Source of the DNA: a virus
Lineage: Duplodnaviria > Caudoviricetes
DNA length: 64,000 bases
Strand: one strand, 5' to 3'
Virus record (IMG/VR): IMGVR_UViG_3300028567_000401
Location: 18,995 to 82,994 of that record
The number at the start of each line of letters is the position of its first letter. The stretch's first letter is position 1. The position numbers and the translations under genes are program-made. Positions 37,980 to 48,605 of the stretch are shown here, piece after piece. Below the pieces are notes generated by a model. It worked only from the letters and a program-made list of their open reading frames with translations, searched no databases and had not been told where the DNA came from.

Positions 37980-40880
37980 TTGAAAACTAATTACGGTTCA
38001 TCTGTAAGTATAATATGTCATAAAATGGAAAAAAAACTTATTTCTCAAGAGATTATTGAATCTTTTCTTAATGGTGCAGACTCCGAAGAATTTATCGTTA
38101 ATATTGAATATGATTATAGAAGAAACATAATCTATAAAATAATACAAGATCCTGTTAAAGGTAAAATTGTAAAACAGGATACTATTATTCCCTTTTTATG
38201 GGTAGGAGATCTAACTGAATTAAATTTTTATCAAAAAAATAAAACCCTTCAAAAAGATAAGATATTAGAGCACGGTATTATAATAGAACCACTTAAAACA
38301 TATGGAAATCAAAGATTAGAAAGAGGTTTAAAATATCTTGTTAAAAGTGTGAAAGGATATACTAATCTGTTAAATTTTTTTAAGCAAGGAGGTATAGATC
38401 CATGGAGTGATAAATACAAGGAATATTTTCAAATTTTATCAATTACTGAACAATATCTTATTCAAAAGAAAAAACGTCTGTTTAAAGGTATTGAAGATTA
38501 TTCAGATATTCATAGATTTATGTTTGATATTGAAACCAGTGGTTTAAATCCTGAAGTTGATAAAATTATTCTTATTGGTGTAAAAGATAATCGTGGATTA
38601 AGGAAATTAATTGATGCCATTGGAAAAGATGGCGAAAAAGGTTGTATTCAAGAATTTTTTAATATCATTAAAGAAACCAAACCTACAATTATTGGTGGGC
38701 ATAATTCAGCATCATTTGACTGGCCATTTATTTTAAAACGTGCCGAGATATTAAAAATGAATATATACGAAATAACTCAAATTATATATCCTGAGCCAAT
38801 TAAAGTTAAAGAAAGAATATTAAAACTCGCAAATGAAATTGAACCATATAATCAATATGTAATTTGGGGATTTAATATAATTGATACATCACATTCTGTT
38901 CGCAGAGCACAAGCAATTAATTCAGATATTAAGTCTTGGGGATTGAAATACATAGTAAAATACCTTGAAAAAGAAAAACCAAATCGAATATATATTGACG
39001 GTTCAAAAATTTCAAAAATATATATAGAAAATGAAAGTTATTATGTTAATCCAAAATCTGGCGGATGGCGTAAAATTGGAGATCCGGGGACAGAAAATCT
39101 TTTAGAAAGATTTCCCGGAAAATATGAAATTTGGTCGGGTAGAAAACTTGTTGAACAATATCTTGATGATGACCTTTACGAAACCATGATAGTAGATGAT
39201 TCATTTTGTCAATCAACATTTTTACTATCAAAATTAGTTCCAACAGCATATGAAAGAATAACCACAATGGGAACGGCAACATTATGGAAATTAATAATGT
39301 TAGCTTGGTCATATGAATATAATCTAGCAATACCTGAGAAAGATGAAAGAAGACCAATTACAGGCGGATTATCTAGATTATTAAAAGTAGGTTACTCTAA
39401 AAATATTGTAAAATTTGACTATACTTCTCTTTATCCATCAATACAATTGGCACATAATGTTTTTCCTGATTGTGATGTTATGGGAGCACAGAAAGCAATG
39501 TTAAAATATTTTCGTAATCTTCGTATAAATTATAAAAGACTTAAAGAAGAAAATGAAAAAATAAATCCTGAATTATCTGAATATTATGATAGAAAACAAC
39601 TTCCACTTAAAATTTTTATTAATGCATATTTTGGATCTTGTTCCGCCCCAAAAGTTTTTCATTGGGGAGATATGAATATTGGTGAAACTATTACATGTAC
39701 TGGCCGACAATATCTTCGTATGACAATTATGTGGTTCATGAAAAAAGGATATGAACCAATTACAATGGATACTGATGGTATTTGTTTTGCGATTCCCAAT
39801 GATGTTAATGAACATCAATATATTGGAAAAGGTAGTAATGAATTAGTTATTAAAGATAAAAAATATAATGGTGTTGAAGCTGATTGCGCAGAGTTTAATG
39901 ATATATTTTTGAGAAATGAAATGGGACTAGATATTGATTATATTGCGCAATCAATGGTTAATATTTCAAGAAAAAATTATATATTAAAAATAACTAAAAA
40001 GGGAAAAGAAAAAATAAAATTAACTGGCAACACTATTAAATCCAAAAAATTACCACAATATATTGTAGAATTTATGAATGATGGCTTTAATTTTTTATTA
40101 AATGGCGATGGTCAATCATTTATAAATTTATATTATTCATATATTGAAAAATTATATAATCATAAAATTCCTTTAGTAAAAATAGCAAATAAAGCTCGTG
40201 TAAAACAAACAATTGAAGATTATAAAAAATATATTAAAAAAGTTACTAAATCAGGTTCACTTATGCCTAGACAAACTCATATGGAACTCATATGGAGAGA
40301 TCAATATCCAGCAACATTAGGAGAAACAATATATTATGTAAATAATGGCAATAAAAAATCATGTGGTGATGTAGAAAAAAACCGTAAAACTGGTGAAATT
40401 GATATTAATTGTTATATGATTAATGAATTTGATATTTTAAATAATCCTGATATGACTGGTGAATATAATGTTGAAAAATACATTGGAAATTTTAATAAAC
40501 GTATTGAACCATTACTTGTTGTATTTAATCCAGAAATAAGAAATGATATTTTAGTTACAAATCCTGAAAATAGACAATATTTAACATCATTACAATGTGA
40601 ACTTGATCGCGGACATCCATTAAAATCTGATGGTCAAGATAAATTAGATGAAATTTTAACTCTTTCTGATATGGAAGTATTGTTTTGGAATCGAATAAAT
40701 ATAGATCCATATTACATGTATGTGGAAGATACTCTTTCGCTTGTTGACCAAGATTGGGTTAATCACAATCGAAAAGTCATGAAAAAAGAAGATAAAGGTA
40801 TTATCAATAATAAAGAAGATGAAATAATTGATAATGATGGTAGAGATTTAGCATATATCACGATACTGAAATTTAAATAA
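37980..40880 (+). CDS. DNA polymerase, family B
   Basis: ExoI FDIETSG, ExoII GHNSASFDWPFI, ExoIII YLDDD; polymerase motifs DYTSLYPSI, KIFINAYFG, MDTDG. True start may be the ATG of MEKKL. Confidence 0.95.
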   Translation: MKTNYGSSVSIICHKMEKKLISQEIIESFLNGADSEEFIVNIEYDYRRNIIYKIIQDPVKGKIVKQDTIIPFLWVGDLTELNFYQKNKTLQKDKILEHGIIIEPLKTYGNQRLERGLKYLVKSVKGYTNLLNFFKQGGIDPWSDKYKEYFQILSITEQYLIQKKKRLFKGIEDYSDIHRFMFDIETSGLNPEVDKIILIGVKDNRGLRKLIDAIGKDGEKGCIQEFFNIIKETKPTIIGGHNSASFDWPFILKRAEILKMNIYEITQIIYPEPIKVKERILKLANEIEPYNQYVIWGFNIIDTSHSVRRAQAINSDIKSWGLKYIVKYLEKEKPNRIYIDGSKISKIYIENESYYVNPKSGGWRKIGDPGTENLLERFPGKYEIWSGRKLVEQYLDDDLYETMIVDDSFCQSTFLLSKLVPTAYERITTMGTATLWKLIMLAWSYEYNLAIPEKDERRPITGGLSRLLKVGYSKNIVKFDYTSLYPSIQLAHNVFPDCDVMGAQKAMLKYFRNLRINYKRLKEENEKINPELSEYYDRKQLPLKIFINAYFGSCSAPKVFHWGDMNIGETITCTGRQYLRMTIMWFMKKGYEPITMDTDGICFAIPNDVNEHQYIGKGSNELVIKDKKYNGVEADCAEFNDIFLRNEMGLDIDYIAQSMVNISRKNYILKITKKGKEKIKLTGNTIKSKKLPQYIVEFMNDGFNFLLNGDGQSFINLYYSYIEKLYNHKIPLVKIANKARVKQTIEDYKKYIKKVTKSGSLMPRQTHMELIWRDQYPATLGETIYYVNNGNKKSCGDVEKNRKTGEIDINCYMINEFDILNNPDMTGEYNVEKYIGNFNKRIEPLLVVFNPEIRNDILVTNPENRQYLTSLQCELDRGHPLKSDGQDKLDEILTLSDMEVLFWNRINIDPYYMYVEDTLSLVDQDWVNHNRKVMKKEDKGIINNKEDEIIDNDGRDLAYITILKFK

Positions 40881-41241
40881 TATGTATATATAGTTTTTCT
40901 CTTATTGGAACAATTAATTTACTTGTATTATTTCCAGACCCATCTTTAAATTGAATTATAAATTTACCTTCAAATTTTCCAGATTGCGATGTTTGTTCTT
41001 CGGTAAATCTATATGTAATATAGTACTCATCGGTTGTCTGATTGTATTTTTTCATTCTTAATGTTAATGAGCATTTTCCACCAAGAATTATGGGAGATCC
41101 GGTTTTAATATCAGTCATTTCAAATGTAATATTTGAATTTTCCAATAAAGTATTATATGTGGATTTATCATTTTTTCCATCATCAATTAATCTCATTTTT
41201 AATATCGGGTCAGTTGCCCCTTGTCTAATATAAAAGTCCAT
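40873..41241 (-). CDS. BppU N-terminal-like (Ig-like) virion protein
   Basis: FYIRQGATDPILKMRL...YRFTEEQTSQSGKFEGKFIIQF. Confidence 0.55.
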   Translation of the reverse strand: MDFYIRQGATDPILKMRLIDDGKNDKSTYNTLLENSNITFEMTDIKTGSPIILGGKCSLTLRMKKYNQTTDEYYITYRFTEEQTSQSGKFEGKFIIQFKDGSGNNTSKLIVPIREKLYIHII

Positions 41242-41271
41242 ATCTTATAAGTTTTATATCATCATTATTAT

Positions 41272-43137
41272 TTATGTTATGGTATAAATTGATGCATTAT
41301 TCCAATCATTATCATATGCACAATATCCACATGATCCTGTTGACCATGTTGCATTATCACGTATTTCTAAAATAAAAGATTTATCTCGATATTGTGTTTC
41401 TATTAGATTGCTAGAAACCCATTCTTGATTTCCAATACATATTGTTTTGTACTTCATGCCATTATTACCAATATAAATTCCTGTTTGTCCATTTAATAAT
41501 GTTGTTGTATCTTTAATTAATCTTATTGATAATCCAAAATTAATTCTTTTAGTAGTTAATGAAAAAATTTCATCCAAGTTATTTAAAACCACAACGTAAT
41601 AAGTATTGTTTATACGAGATATAGAACATGTCCAAAAATATCCAAAATTACGAAAATCTAAAAAGTCACCATCTGTATTCCTTAATCCACCACCTCTCCC
41701 ATTAAATTTACTTAAATTTGTTGCATCTCTATTTGGCGCATTCCAATAAAATAAACCTATTTCTTTTGCCGATCCGCCAGAATTCCCATACATTGAAATA
41801 AGATTATTAAATAAGATATTAAAATCATCAATTGTTGGTACATGGAATCCCGGTGCTGCGATATTTCTATGATTATCTATAACACAACCATTATATAGTA
41901 AACCATATACTACTGGGGGATCTAATCTAAGATTTGGGGTGCATATTTTTTCACATTCTGAAATATCATAATGTTTTTTTGTTCGTGTTAAATACCGATT
42001 ATGAAGGTATACATAATCCATTACATCTTCAAAATATGCTGCATATTTAATGATATAACAAAATATTCCTGCGTGTTGTCCATTTGAACCATTTACGCCG
42101 CCGCCAATAACATGAGTAAATGGTTGATATCCTCTATTCGATAAAATAACATCTTCCCAGTTTTTTATTTTATAGACTAATCTAGCATTATGATATATTT
42201 TTAATGTACCTAATCTTTTATATCGATTATTATTCCATTTGCTATTTAATTTTTCTGTCGTACCCGATATAATTAAATCACCCCATCCACCTTCATTAGA
42301 TAAATCACATTCATCATTATTATCATATATATTATTTTTTTCAAATGTAATTGTTATATTAAAGTCATTTATTGTACCATTAGTACATAAGGCATTTTCC
42401 GTTTTACCAGAATCAACATAATACATAGCTGTATAGCCAGAAACCGAATTACAATATCCTGAATATCTATATGCTACCCATTGAATTTTTCCGTCTGTTG
42501 TAAATCGAAAAGACAATCCATTATCTGCAAAATTTTCTACATCATATTCATCTCTTACGCCTTTAAACCAAAATACGCTTTCAGACCAATTTTCGTCTCC
42601 GTTTTTATTAAAAATAAAATCAAGAGTCCATCCTTTTAATACATTTCTAGCAAGAAAATCATCACAGTTATCAGAACCACCGCCTTCATTAGTGATAAGA
42701 ACTATTGGTACTTTGTTACAAATTTTTTGCACCGGACAACAAATTTCTGTTAAATTACTTAATTGTTCAGCACAACGAATAATATTACTTGTAAATCCAT
42801 CAATTACTTCTTGTTCTGTTAATGGACTAAGTAAAGGATCAATAAATGGTATTATATCTTCATGATATTCAACAATTTGAAAATAATGCGTTTCACCAGT
42901 AATTCCCGTATAAATAAAAATATCATTATTTAAAATAACATTCGAATACATATGGTCTGATGTATCAAAATGTGAACAAAAATTGCTATAAATTAGGTGT
43001 AAAGTTAAACCAGAATATATATATTCAGTATCATTAATAATATTATTATACTCAATTAAATGAATGATATTATAATTACAAATATTATCAGTTATTCCTG
43101 TTAATTCATATATTGGTTCTGCGGTAAATGTTGACAT
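41272..43137 (-). CDS. Virion/receptor-binding protein: LamG-like region plus a circularly permuted Fib_succ_major domain
   Basis: YGLLYN...GFHVPT...GGGLR...YFWTCS...GLSIRLIKD, followed by YKTICIGNQEW...YCAYDND. Confidence 0.65.
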   Translation of the reverse strand: MSTFTAEPIYELTGITDNICNYNIIHLIEYNNIINDTEYIYSGLTLHLIYSNFCSHFDTSDHMYSNVILNNDIFIYTGITGETHYFQIVEYHEDIIPFIDPLLSPLTEQEVIDGFTSNIIRCAEQLSNLTEICCPVQKICNKVPIVLITNEGGGSDNCDDFLARNVLKGWTLDFIFNKNGDENWSESVFWFKGVRDEYDVENFADNGLSFRFTTDGKIQWVAYRYSGYCNSVSGYTAMYYVDSGKTENALCTNGTINDFNITITFEKNNIYDNNDECDLSNEGGWGDLIISGTTEKLNSKWNNNRYKRLGTLKIYHNARLVYKIKNWEDVILSNRGYQPFTHVIGGGVNGSNGQHAGIFCYIIKYAAYFEDVMDYVYLHNRYLTRTKKHYDISECEKICTPNLRLDPPVVYGLLYNGCVIDNHRNIAAPGFHVPTIDDFNILFNNLISMYGNSGGSAKEIGLFYWNAPNRDATNLSKFNGRGGGLRNTDGDFLDFRNFGYFWTCSISRINNTYYVVVLNNLDEIFSLTTKRINFGLSIRLIKDTTTLLNGQTGIYIGNNGMKYKTICIGNQEWVSSNLIETQYRDKSFILEIRDNATWSTGSCGYCAYDNDWNNASIYTIT

Positions 43138-43157
43138 AATTATAAATAGTTTTATTA

Positions 43158-43385
43158 TTATTTACCATTAGTATATTGTGGTACATAATCAATAGTATTA
43201 TCACCTAAAGTATAATCATAATATTCAGAATAATCTAATATAATATCAATTTTACCTAAGATATTATCTACTAGTTCATAATCATAATATTCTGAGAAAT
43301 CTAAGGTAATATCTAACTTTATTGTACCGTGTTTTAAAATATCCTGTGTATTCATATTTAATAAATATCTTATAATATCTTTCAC
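43158..43385 (-). CDS. Small hypothetical protein with an internal duplication
   Basis: LDITLDFSEYYDYEL / IDIILDYSEYYDYTL. Confidence 0.6.
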   Translation of the reverse strand: MKDIIRYLLNMNTQDILKHGTIKLDITLDFSEYYDYELVDNILGKIDIILDYSEYYDYTLGDNTIDYVPQYTNGK

Positions 43386-43416
43386 ATAATTGGATATTTA
43401 TATAAAAACTATTATA

Positions 43417-44184
43417 ATGGATAATTTCGTTAAACAAGTTATTGAAGAAAAATTTGCATCTAAAAAACAACAAAGATATTTTTATGCAAAAGCAAATGAT
43501 AAGTCTTTACCTAAAAAAGAAAGAAAAAAATGGAAAAAATGGTCAGAAGAATTTTCTGATAAAACAGATTTTACTAAATTGCCCGAAAAGGCTGAAGAAC
43601 AATTAAATCCAGAAAATGAAATTGAAGAAATTGTTGACTTTAATGGAAATATAAAATATGGCAACAAACCCGGTAATCTCAATGGATTTATCAGATCTAA
43701 AAAAACATCTGACGAAGTTGTATCTGCAACAATGGGGCAAATGGGAACTTTTGGTATTTTAGGCGGTCCCACAAATGCCAGTAAAACATTAAAATATTGG
43801 GCAGAATCTGATATGAGTAAAGCACTTGGTGCTGATGAAACAATTGCAGATCCAGATACGAATTATAATGACGCTGTGGACACTTTTCAAGACAAATTAG
43901 ATGTTCCTGAAGATGAGGCAAAAGAAAGAGCAAAACAAATGGGATATGATCCTCAATTACCTGATGGAAAAATAAGATTAATTGAAAATCCATTAAATTA
44001 TATTAATGAATATTTAACCAAAAAAACAAAAAGAAGTGAACTTGTAAAAAAAAGTAATAATAATATTGATAAAAAAACTATTAATCCAATAATTAGAAGA
44101 CAGTTGAAATCAATAAAGCAAACATTAAAAAATAATAATTTAAGTCTTCAAGACATAACTGAATATTTAGAAGACGATGAATAG
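43417..44184 (+). CDS. Hypothetical late protein
   Basis: ATG at 43417, in frame with the track ORF, 14 nt after TATTTATA; VIEEKFASKKQQRYFY. Confidence 0.75.
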   Translation: MDNFVKQVIEEKFASKKQQRYFYAKANDKSLPKKERKKWKKWSEEFSDKTDFTKLPEKAEEQLNPENEIEEIVDFNGNIKYGNKPGNLNGFIRSKKTSDEVVSATMGQMGTFGILGGPTNASKTLKYWAESDMSKALGADETIADPDTNYNDAVDTFQDKLDVPEDEAKERAKQMGYDPQLPDGKIRLIENPLNYINEYLTKKTKRSELVKKSNNNIDKKTINPIIRRQLKSIKQTLKNNNLSLQDITEYLEDDE

Positions 44185-44674
44185 TGAATTAAAAGATAGA
44201 GTTTTTAATATTCGGCCCGATATTTTGGACTTTTTAAAAAAACAAAAAGAAATTCCTGGATTAAAAAGAAATAAAAATCTTCTTGAAAAAGGACAAGTAA
44301 CGTATGGCCAATTAAAAAGAATATTACATGATTTAAAAAAAATAAATAAATTTAAAGATCTAGATAAATATAATTATTATGGTGGTGATTTAATGAAAAA
44401 TTGGGGAATAATGATATTAACCAACGAACGAAATTTAATTCGAGATAGAAAAGAATCAGAAAAAATTGCAAATGATATTGCAGGACTAAATGGTATTAGA
44501 AAAAATTCTTTTATTAGGCGACACTCAAAAAATACTTTATCACCGAGAATTTCAGTAAATAATATCGTTAAACCAAAATCTAATTCGGAAAAATTTACTA
44601 ATTCTTCAATGTTTTCAGCTAAATCAATGAAATTATTTGAACAAATAAATAGAATTAAAAAATTAATGCTATAA
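44177..44674 (+). CDS. Hypothetical basic protein
   Basis: 165 aa, overlapping the upstream gene; ends KLFEQINRIKKLML. Confidence 0.75.
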   Translation: MNSELKDRVFNIRPDILDFLKKQKEIPGLKRNKNLLEKGQVTYGQLKRILHDLKKINKFKDLDKYNYYGGDLMKNWGIMILTNERNLIRDRKESEKIANDIAGLNGIRKNSFIRRHSKNTLSPRISVNNIVKPKSNSEKFTNSSMFSAKSMKLFEQINRIKKLML

Positions 44675-45804
44675 TGCCAACAATTTTAGAAACAATAGCA
44701 AATCAACAAAGAACTGAGCATTTATCTCGTAATTATTATGATTATGATAATGAATATTCATCAAGTCATAAAAATGCACTTTCAACCGGCGATGAAAAAG
44801 GTAAGGGTCAAGTTGGTGATACCGGTCCAGTTGGTGGTTTAACAGATATTAATACAAGAACTGATAACTTAGGAAGAAATTATTATGATCCAAATAATCC
44901 ATACGGGCCAACACACTCAAATGCACTTTCAACTGGCGATGAAAAAGGTAAGGGTCAAGTTGGTGATACCGGTCCAGTTGGTGGCTTAACTGATATTAAT
45001 ACAAGAAATGATAATATGAGCCGAAACCTTTATAAACTACTTGATCAATATAGTTCAATACACAAAAACGCTATATCAGATGGTGATGAAAAAGGTAAAG
45101 GACAACTTGGTGATACCGGTCCAGTTGGTGGGTTAACCGATATTAATACAAGAAATGATAATGTGGCTAGGAACATTTATAGTCCATTTGATCAATATAG
45201 TTCAACACACAAAAATGCCATATCAGATGGTGATGAAAAAGGTAAGGGACAAGTTGGTGATACCGGTCCAGTTGGTGGATTAACCGATATTAATACAAGA
45301 AGTGATAATCTAGCTAGAAATCTTTATAATTTATCTGATCAATATAGTTCGACGCATAAAAATGCCATATCAGATGGTGATGAAAAAGGTAAGGGCCAAG
45401 TTGGTGATACCGGTCCAGTTGGTGGGTTAACCGATATTAATACAAGAAATGATAATATGGGTAGAAATTATTATAACCCATTTGATCAATATAGTTCGAC
45501 ACATAAAAATGCTATATCAGATGGTGATGAAAAAGGTAAAGGACAACTTGATGATACCGGTCCAGTTGGTGGATTAACTGATATTAATACTAGAGATGAT
45601 AATTTAGGTAGAAATTATTATCGCCCATTTAATGAATATAGTTCAAGACATAAAAACGCCATATCAGATGGTGATGAAAAAGGTAAAGGACAAATTGATG
45701 ATACGGGGTCGGTTGGTGGTTTAACTGATATTAATACAAGAATTGATAATACAGGTAGAAATAAATTTAAATTAACACACACATATCCAGATTTTGAATA
45801 TTAA
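44674..45804 (+). CDS. Repeat protein: 7 tandem 49-aa units
   Basis: Unit ..RN.Y....YSS.HKNAISDGDEKGKGQ.GDTGPVGGLTDINTR.DN; 16+7x49+17=376 aa. Confidence 0.9.
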   Translation: MPTILETIANQQRTEHLSRNYYDYDNEYSSSHKNALSTGDEKGKGQVGDTGPVGGLTDINTRTDNLGRNYYDPNNPYGPTHSNALSTGDEKGKGQVGDTGPVGGLTDINTRNDNMSRNLYKLLDQYSSIHKNAISDGDEKGKGQLGDTGPVGGLTDINTRNDNVARNIYSPFDQYSSTHKNAISDGDEKGKGQVGDTGPVGGLTDINTRSDNLARNLYNLSDQYSSTHKNAISDGDEKGKGQVGDTGPVGGLTDINTRNDNMGRNYYNPFDQYSSTHKNAISDGDEKGKGQLDDTGPVGGLTDINTRDDNLGRNYYRPFNEYSSRHKNAISDGDEKGKGQIDDTGSVGGLTDINTRIDNTGRNKFKLTHTYPDFEY

Positions 45805-46652
45805 TGATAATATTAACTGAAATAGTGAATGAATTACTGTTAGAACAAGATAGTAAAATAGAAATAATAAGACAATCTATTCTTGAAAAAATTCCTATGT
45901 CTATATATTATAGGGGACCGGCAAATGAAGTTAGAGAGGGTCAAAGAATAGATATTGAACCAGTTGTGTTAGGTAAACATAAACGAACTGGCAATCTTGT
46001 TATTTGGGCATTTGTATTTAAGGGCGTATCAAAAAAGGGGTTACCAGGATGGAAAATGTTTCGTGTTGATAGAATTGTATCTGCAAAGCTTAATTTTAAT
46101 GTCAAAAATTTTGATCTTAATATTTTACCTGGATATCAAAAAGGTAAAGCACCTAATGCTATGAAATCATTAAGTAGTGTTGATATTTTTTCACCATATT
46201 GGTATAAAGAAGGTGAAACCATTGAAACGCCACCAATACCTAAACAGCCAGAAAGTCCAGAAACCGAACCGGTTGATGTTGAAATTCCTCCAGATGAGCG
46301 TCCAATTGAAAAACCATTAAACATATCAAATAAAGAAGTGTTGGATCGAATTAGTAATAATTTAAAATCAAAAATAAAAAAAATTAATGGCCAAGACTTT
46401 ATTACACAAGTTGATTATGATCATGCATTAAAAGATTTATATAATAATAAAGAAAAAGAATTTAAAATTTATCAAAAAGCCATTTCAGGTAATTTAAGAC
46501 CAGGAGAAGGAACAAGGAAAAGATTTACTGATACATCAAAAGCAGAATTAGATAAATTATTAGCAACAAATAATATAAAACTTGAACAACCACCTAATCA
46601 ATTATTAGAAATAAATAAAATGAAAAAAAGATTTAAAAGATTGATTATATAA
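45804..46652 (+). CDS. WYL-domain protein without an HTH, with a Pro-rich linker
   Basis: SIYYRG...QRIDIEPVVLG...LVIWAF...GWKMFRVDRIVSA. Confidence 0.75.
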   Translation: MIILTEIVNELLLEQDSKIEIIRQSILEKIPMSIYYRGPANEVREGQRIDIEPVVLGKHKRTGNLVIWAFVFKGVSKKGLPGWKMFRVDRIVSAKLNFNVKNFDLNILPGYQKGKAPNAMKSLSSVDIFSPYWYKEGETIETPPIPKQPESPETEPVDVEIPPDERPIEKPLNISNKEVLDRISNNLKSKIKKINGQDFITQVDYDHALKDLYNNKEKEFKIYQKAISGNLRPGEGTRKRFTDTSKAELDKLLATNNIKLEQPPNQLLEINKMKKRFKRLII

Positions 46653-46689
46653 TAATTTTTTTATAATTTTATAATAAAGAAATATACAT

Positions 46690-47307
46690 ATGGTACTTAT
46701 AAATAAAAAAATAACTCCACAAGAATTAGCCGAAAATTTAGTTAATTCCAGAAAAATAATTAACAAACTTGATACTGGTAATTACAAAAAAAGAAATATC
46801 AATGAACAATTGATTATTGATAATGATAATATTGATATCGATAATATTGATATCGATAATATTGATATCGATAATACTATTAATCAAAATATACCAAAAA
46901 TTGATACTTCACTAGCTACAATTGATAAAATAACTCAATCAAAATTACCAGATGCAATTAAACAGGCAATGATTGAACATCCAATTCCTCAAATATCATT
47001 AAATGATTCATTAGATATTAGTATAACTGAAAGATCGAAAAAAATAATGGAAAAAGAAGGATTAATCTCTCCAACAAAAAGTAAAATAATATATAATCAA
47101 AAAAATAGTGGATATTCTACATCATTAAATGAATCAAAATTACAAAATCTTATTGAAAATGCTGTTCGAAAAGTTCTTGATGAAAAATTAAATCAAATAT
47201 TATCCGCACAACAATTAAGTAGTATTAATGAAAATCTTGTTTTAAAAGTCGGAGATTCAATCTTTCAAGGAAAAATTACGGCAGTAAAAAAACACCAAAA
47301 ACGGTAA
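46690..47307 (+). CDS. Hypothetical protein with (DNIDI)n repeats
   Basis: 205-aa ORF. Confidence 0.75.
   Translation: MVLINKKITPQELAENLVNSRKIINKLDTGNYKKRNINEQLIIDNDNIDIDNIDIDNIDIDNTINQNIPKIDTSLATIDKITQSKLPDAIKQAMIEHPIPQISLNDSLDISITERSKKIMEKEGLISPTKSKIIYNQKNSGYSTSLNESKLQNLIENAVRKVLDEKLNQILSAQQLSSINENLVLKVGDSIFQGKITAVKKHQKR
46825..46876. repeat. 15-nt in-frame tandem repeat GATAATATTGATATC, about 3.5 copies
   Basis: Read directly from the sequence. Confidence 0.9.
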
Positions 47308-47361
47308 ATAATTTGTTTTTTTAAATTTTTTTATATATATTTTGACATAAGAACATTATTT

Positions 47362-48591
47362 ATGTCAAAAATTAGAATTTTAGCAATTCCGCCAGATACT
47401 CATGGCGTCGGAAAATTCAGAATTACTGGGCCATACACATTTCTTCAAGAAAACTACGGTGATGATTTTCATATTGATTTATTAACAAACATTGAAGATA
47501 AAGATGATATATTTAACAATTATGATATTATTGTTATGCATACCTTTATACATAACAAAGCGTCATCTAGTAAAAATATAAACAGAGTTAAATGGTTAAA
47601 AGAAAAAGGAAAAATCGTAATTATCGATTTTGATGATTATTGGGAACCAGACATAAGACATCCAATGTATTTACAGGCAAAAATTTCTGGAGCCATTATA
47701 ACCAAAATTAATTTATTAAAAGAAGCTAGTTATATTACTGTTACTACGCCAGTCTACCAAGATACTATTATTAAAAAATTCAATTTAAAAAATGTAGTGG
47801 TTTTTCCTAATGCAATTGATGAAACTGAACCACAATTTATTCCATCACCAATTCCATCTGAAAAAATTAGATTTGGATGGTTAGGCGGTAGTTCTCATTT
47901 ATCAGATATTGATCTTATGACATTAGGAATATCAAAAATGTATAATACTTTTATTGATAAGATACAATTTGTATTGTGTGGATTTGATTTAAGAGGTACC
48001 GTTACAGAAATTAATAAAACAACACAAGAAAGAAAAACACGTAATGTTAGACCTGAAGAAACTGTATGGTATAAATATGAACATATATTTACTAATAATT
48101 ATCGTGTTTTAGATAATGATTATATTAACTTCCTTAAATTATATAAAGAACTTGAATATGATGACACAAACAAGCCATATATAAGAAGATGGACAAAAGA
48201 AATAAATAAATATGCAGTAAATTATAATTATTTTGATGTATCATTAGCACCTTTAGTTCCAACTATTTTCAATATTAATAAATCACAACTAAAAGCAATA
48301 GAATCTGGTTTTTTTAAAAAAGCTTTAATTGCCAGTGATGTGAGTCCATATACAATAGACTTGATATCAGCTATAGAATTTAATGGAAAATATAATCCTA
48401 AAGGTAATGCGTTATTAGTAGATCCAAATAAAAATCATAAACAATGGTTTCAACACATGAAACGATTAGTTGAAAATCCAAATATGATTGAAGATTTGGG
48501 TAATAAACTTTACGAAACAGTTAAAGACAAATATTCATTAAAAAAAGTTTGTCAAGATAGATCGGAATTTTTAAAATCAATAATAAAATAA
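47362..48591 (+). CDS. Glycosyltransferase, GT-B fold
   Basis: DFDDYW, FPNAID, RFGWLGGSSH, DVSLAPL...FN..KSQLKAIESG..KKALIASDV.PY. Confidence 0.85.
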   Translation: MSKIRILAIPPDTHGVGKFRITGPYTFLQENYGDDFHIDLLTNIEDKDDIFNNYDIIVMHTFIHNKASSSKNINRVKWLKEKGKIVIIDFDDYWEPDIRHPMYLQAKISGAIITKINLLKEASYITVTTPVYQDTIIKKFNLKNVVVFPNAIDETEPQFIPSPIPSEKIRFGWLGGSSHLSDIDLMTLGISKMYNTFIDKIQFVLCGFDLRGTVTEINKTTQERKTRNVRPEETVWYKYEHIFTNNYRVLDNDYINFLKLYKELEYDDTNKPYIRRWTKEINKYAVNYNYFDVSLAPLVPTIFNINKSQLKAIESGFFKKALIASDVSPYTIDLISAIEFNGKYNPKGNALLVDPNKNHKQWFQHMKRLVENPNMIEDLGNKLYETVKDKYSLKKVCQDRSEFLKSIIK

Positions 48592-48605
48592 TAAAAATAA
48601 AAATT

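Noticed and set aside
41272-41910. Fib_succ_major domain as a diversity-generating retroelement target
   Set aside because: No reverse transcriptase and no template-repeat copy seen in this window; the rest of the genome would need checking
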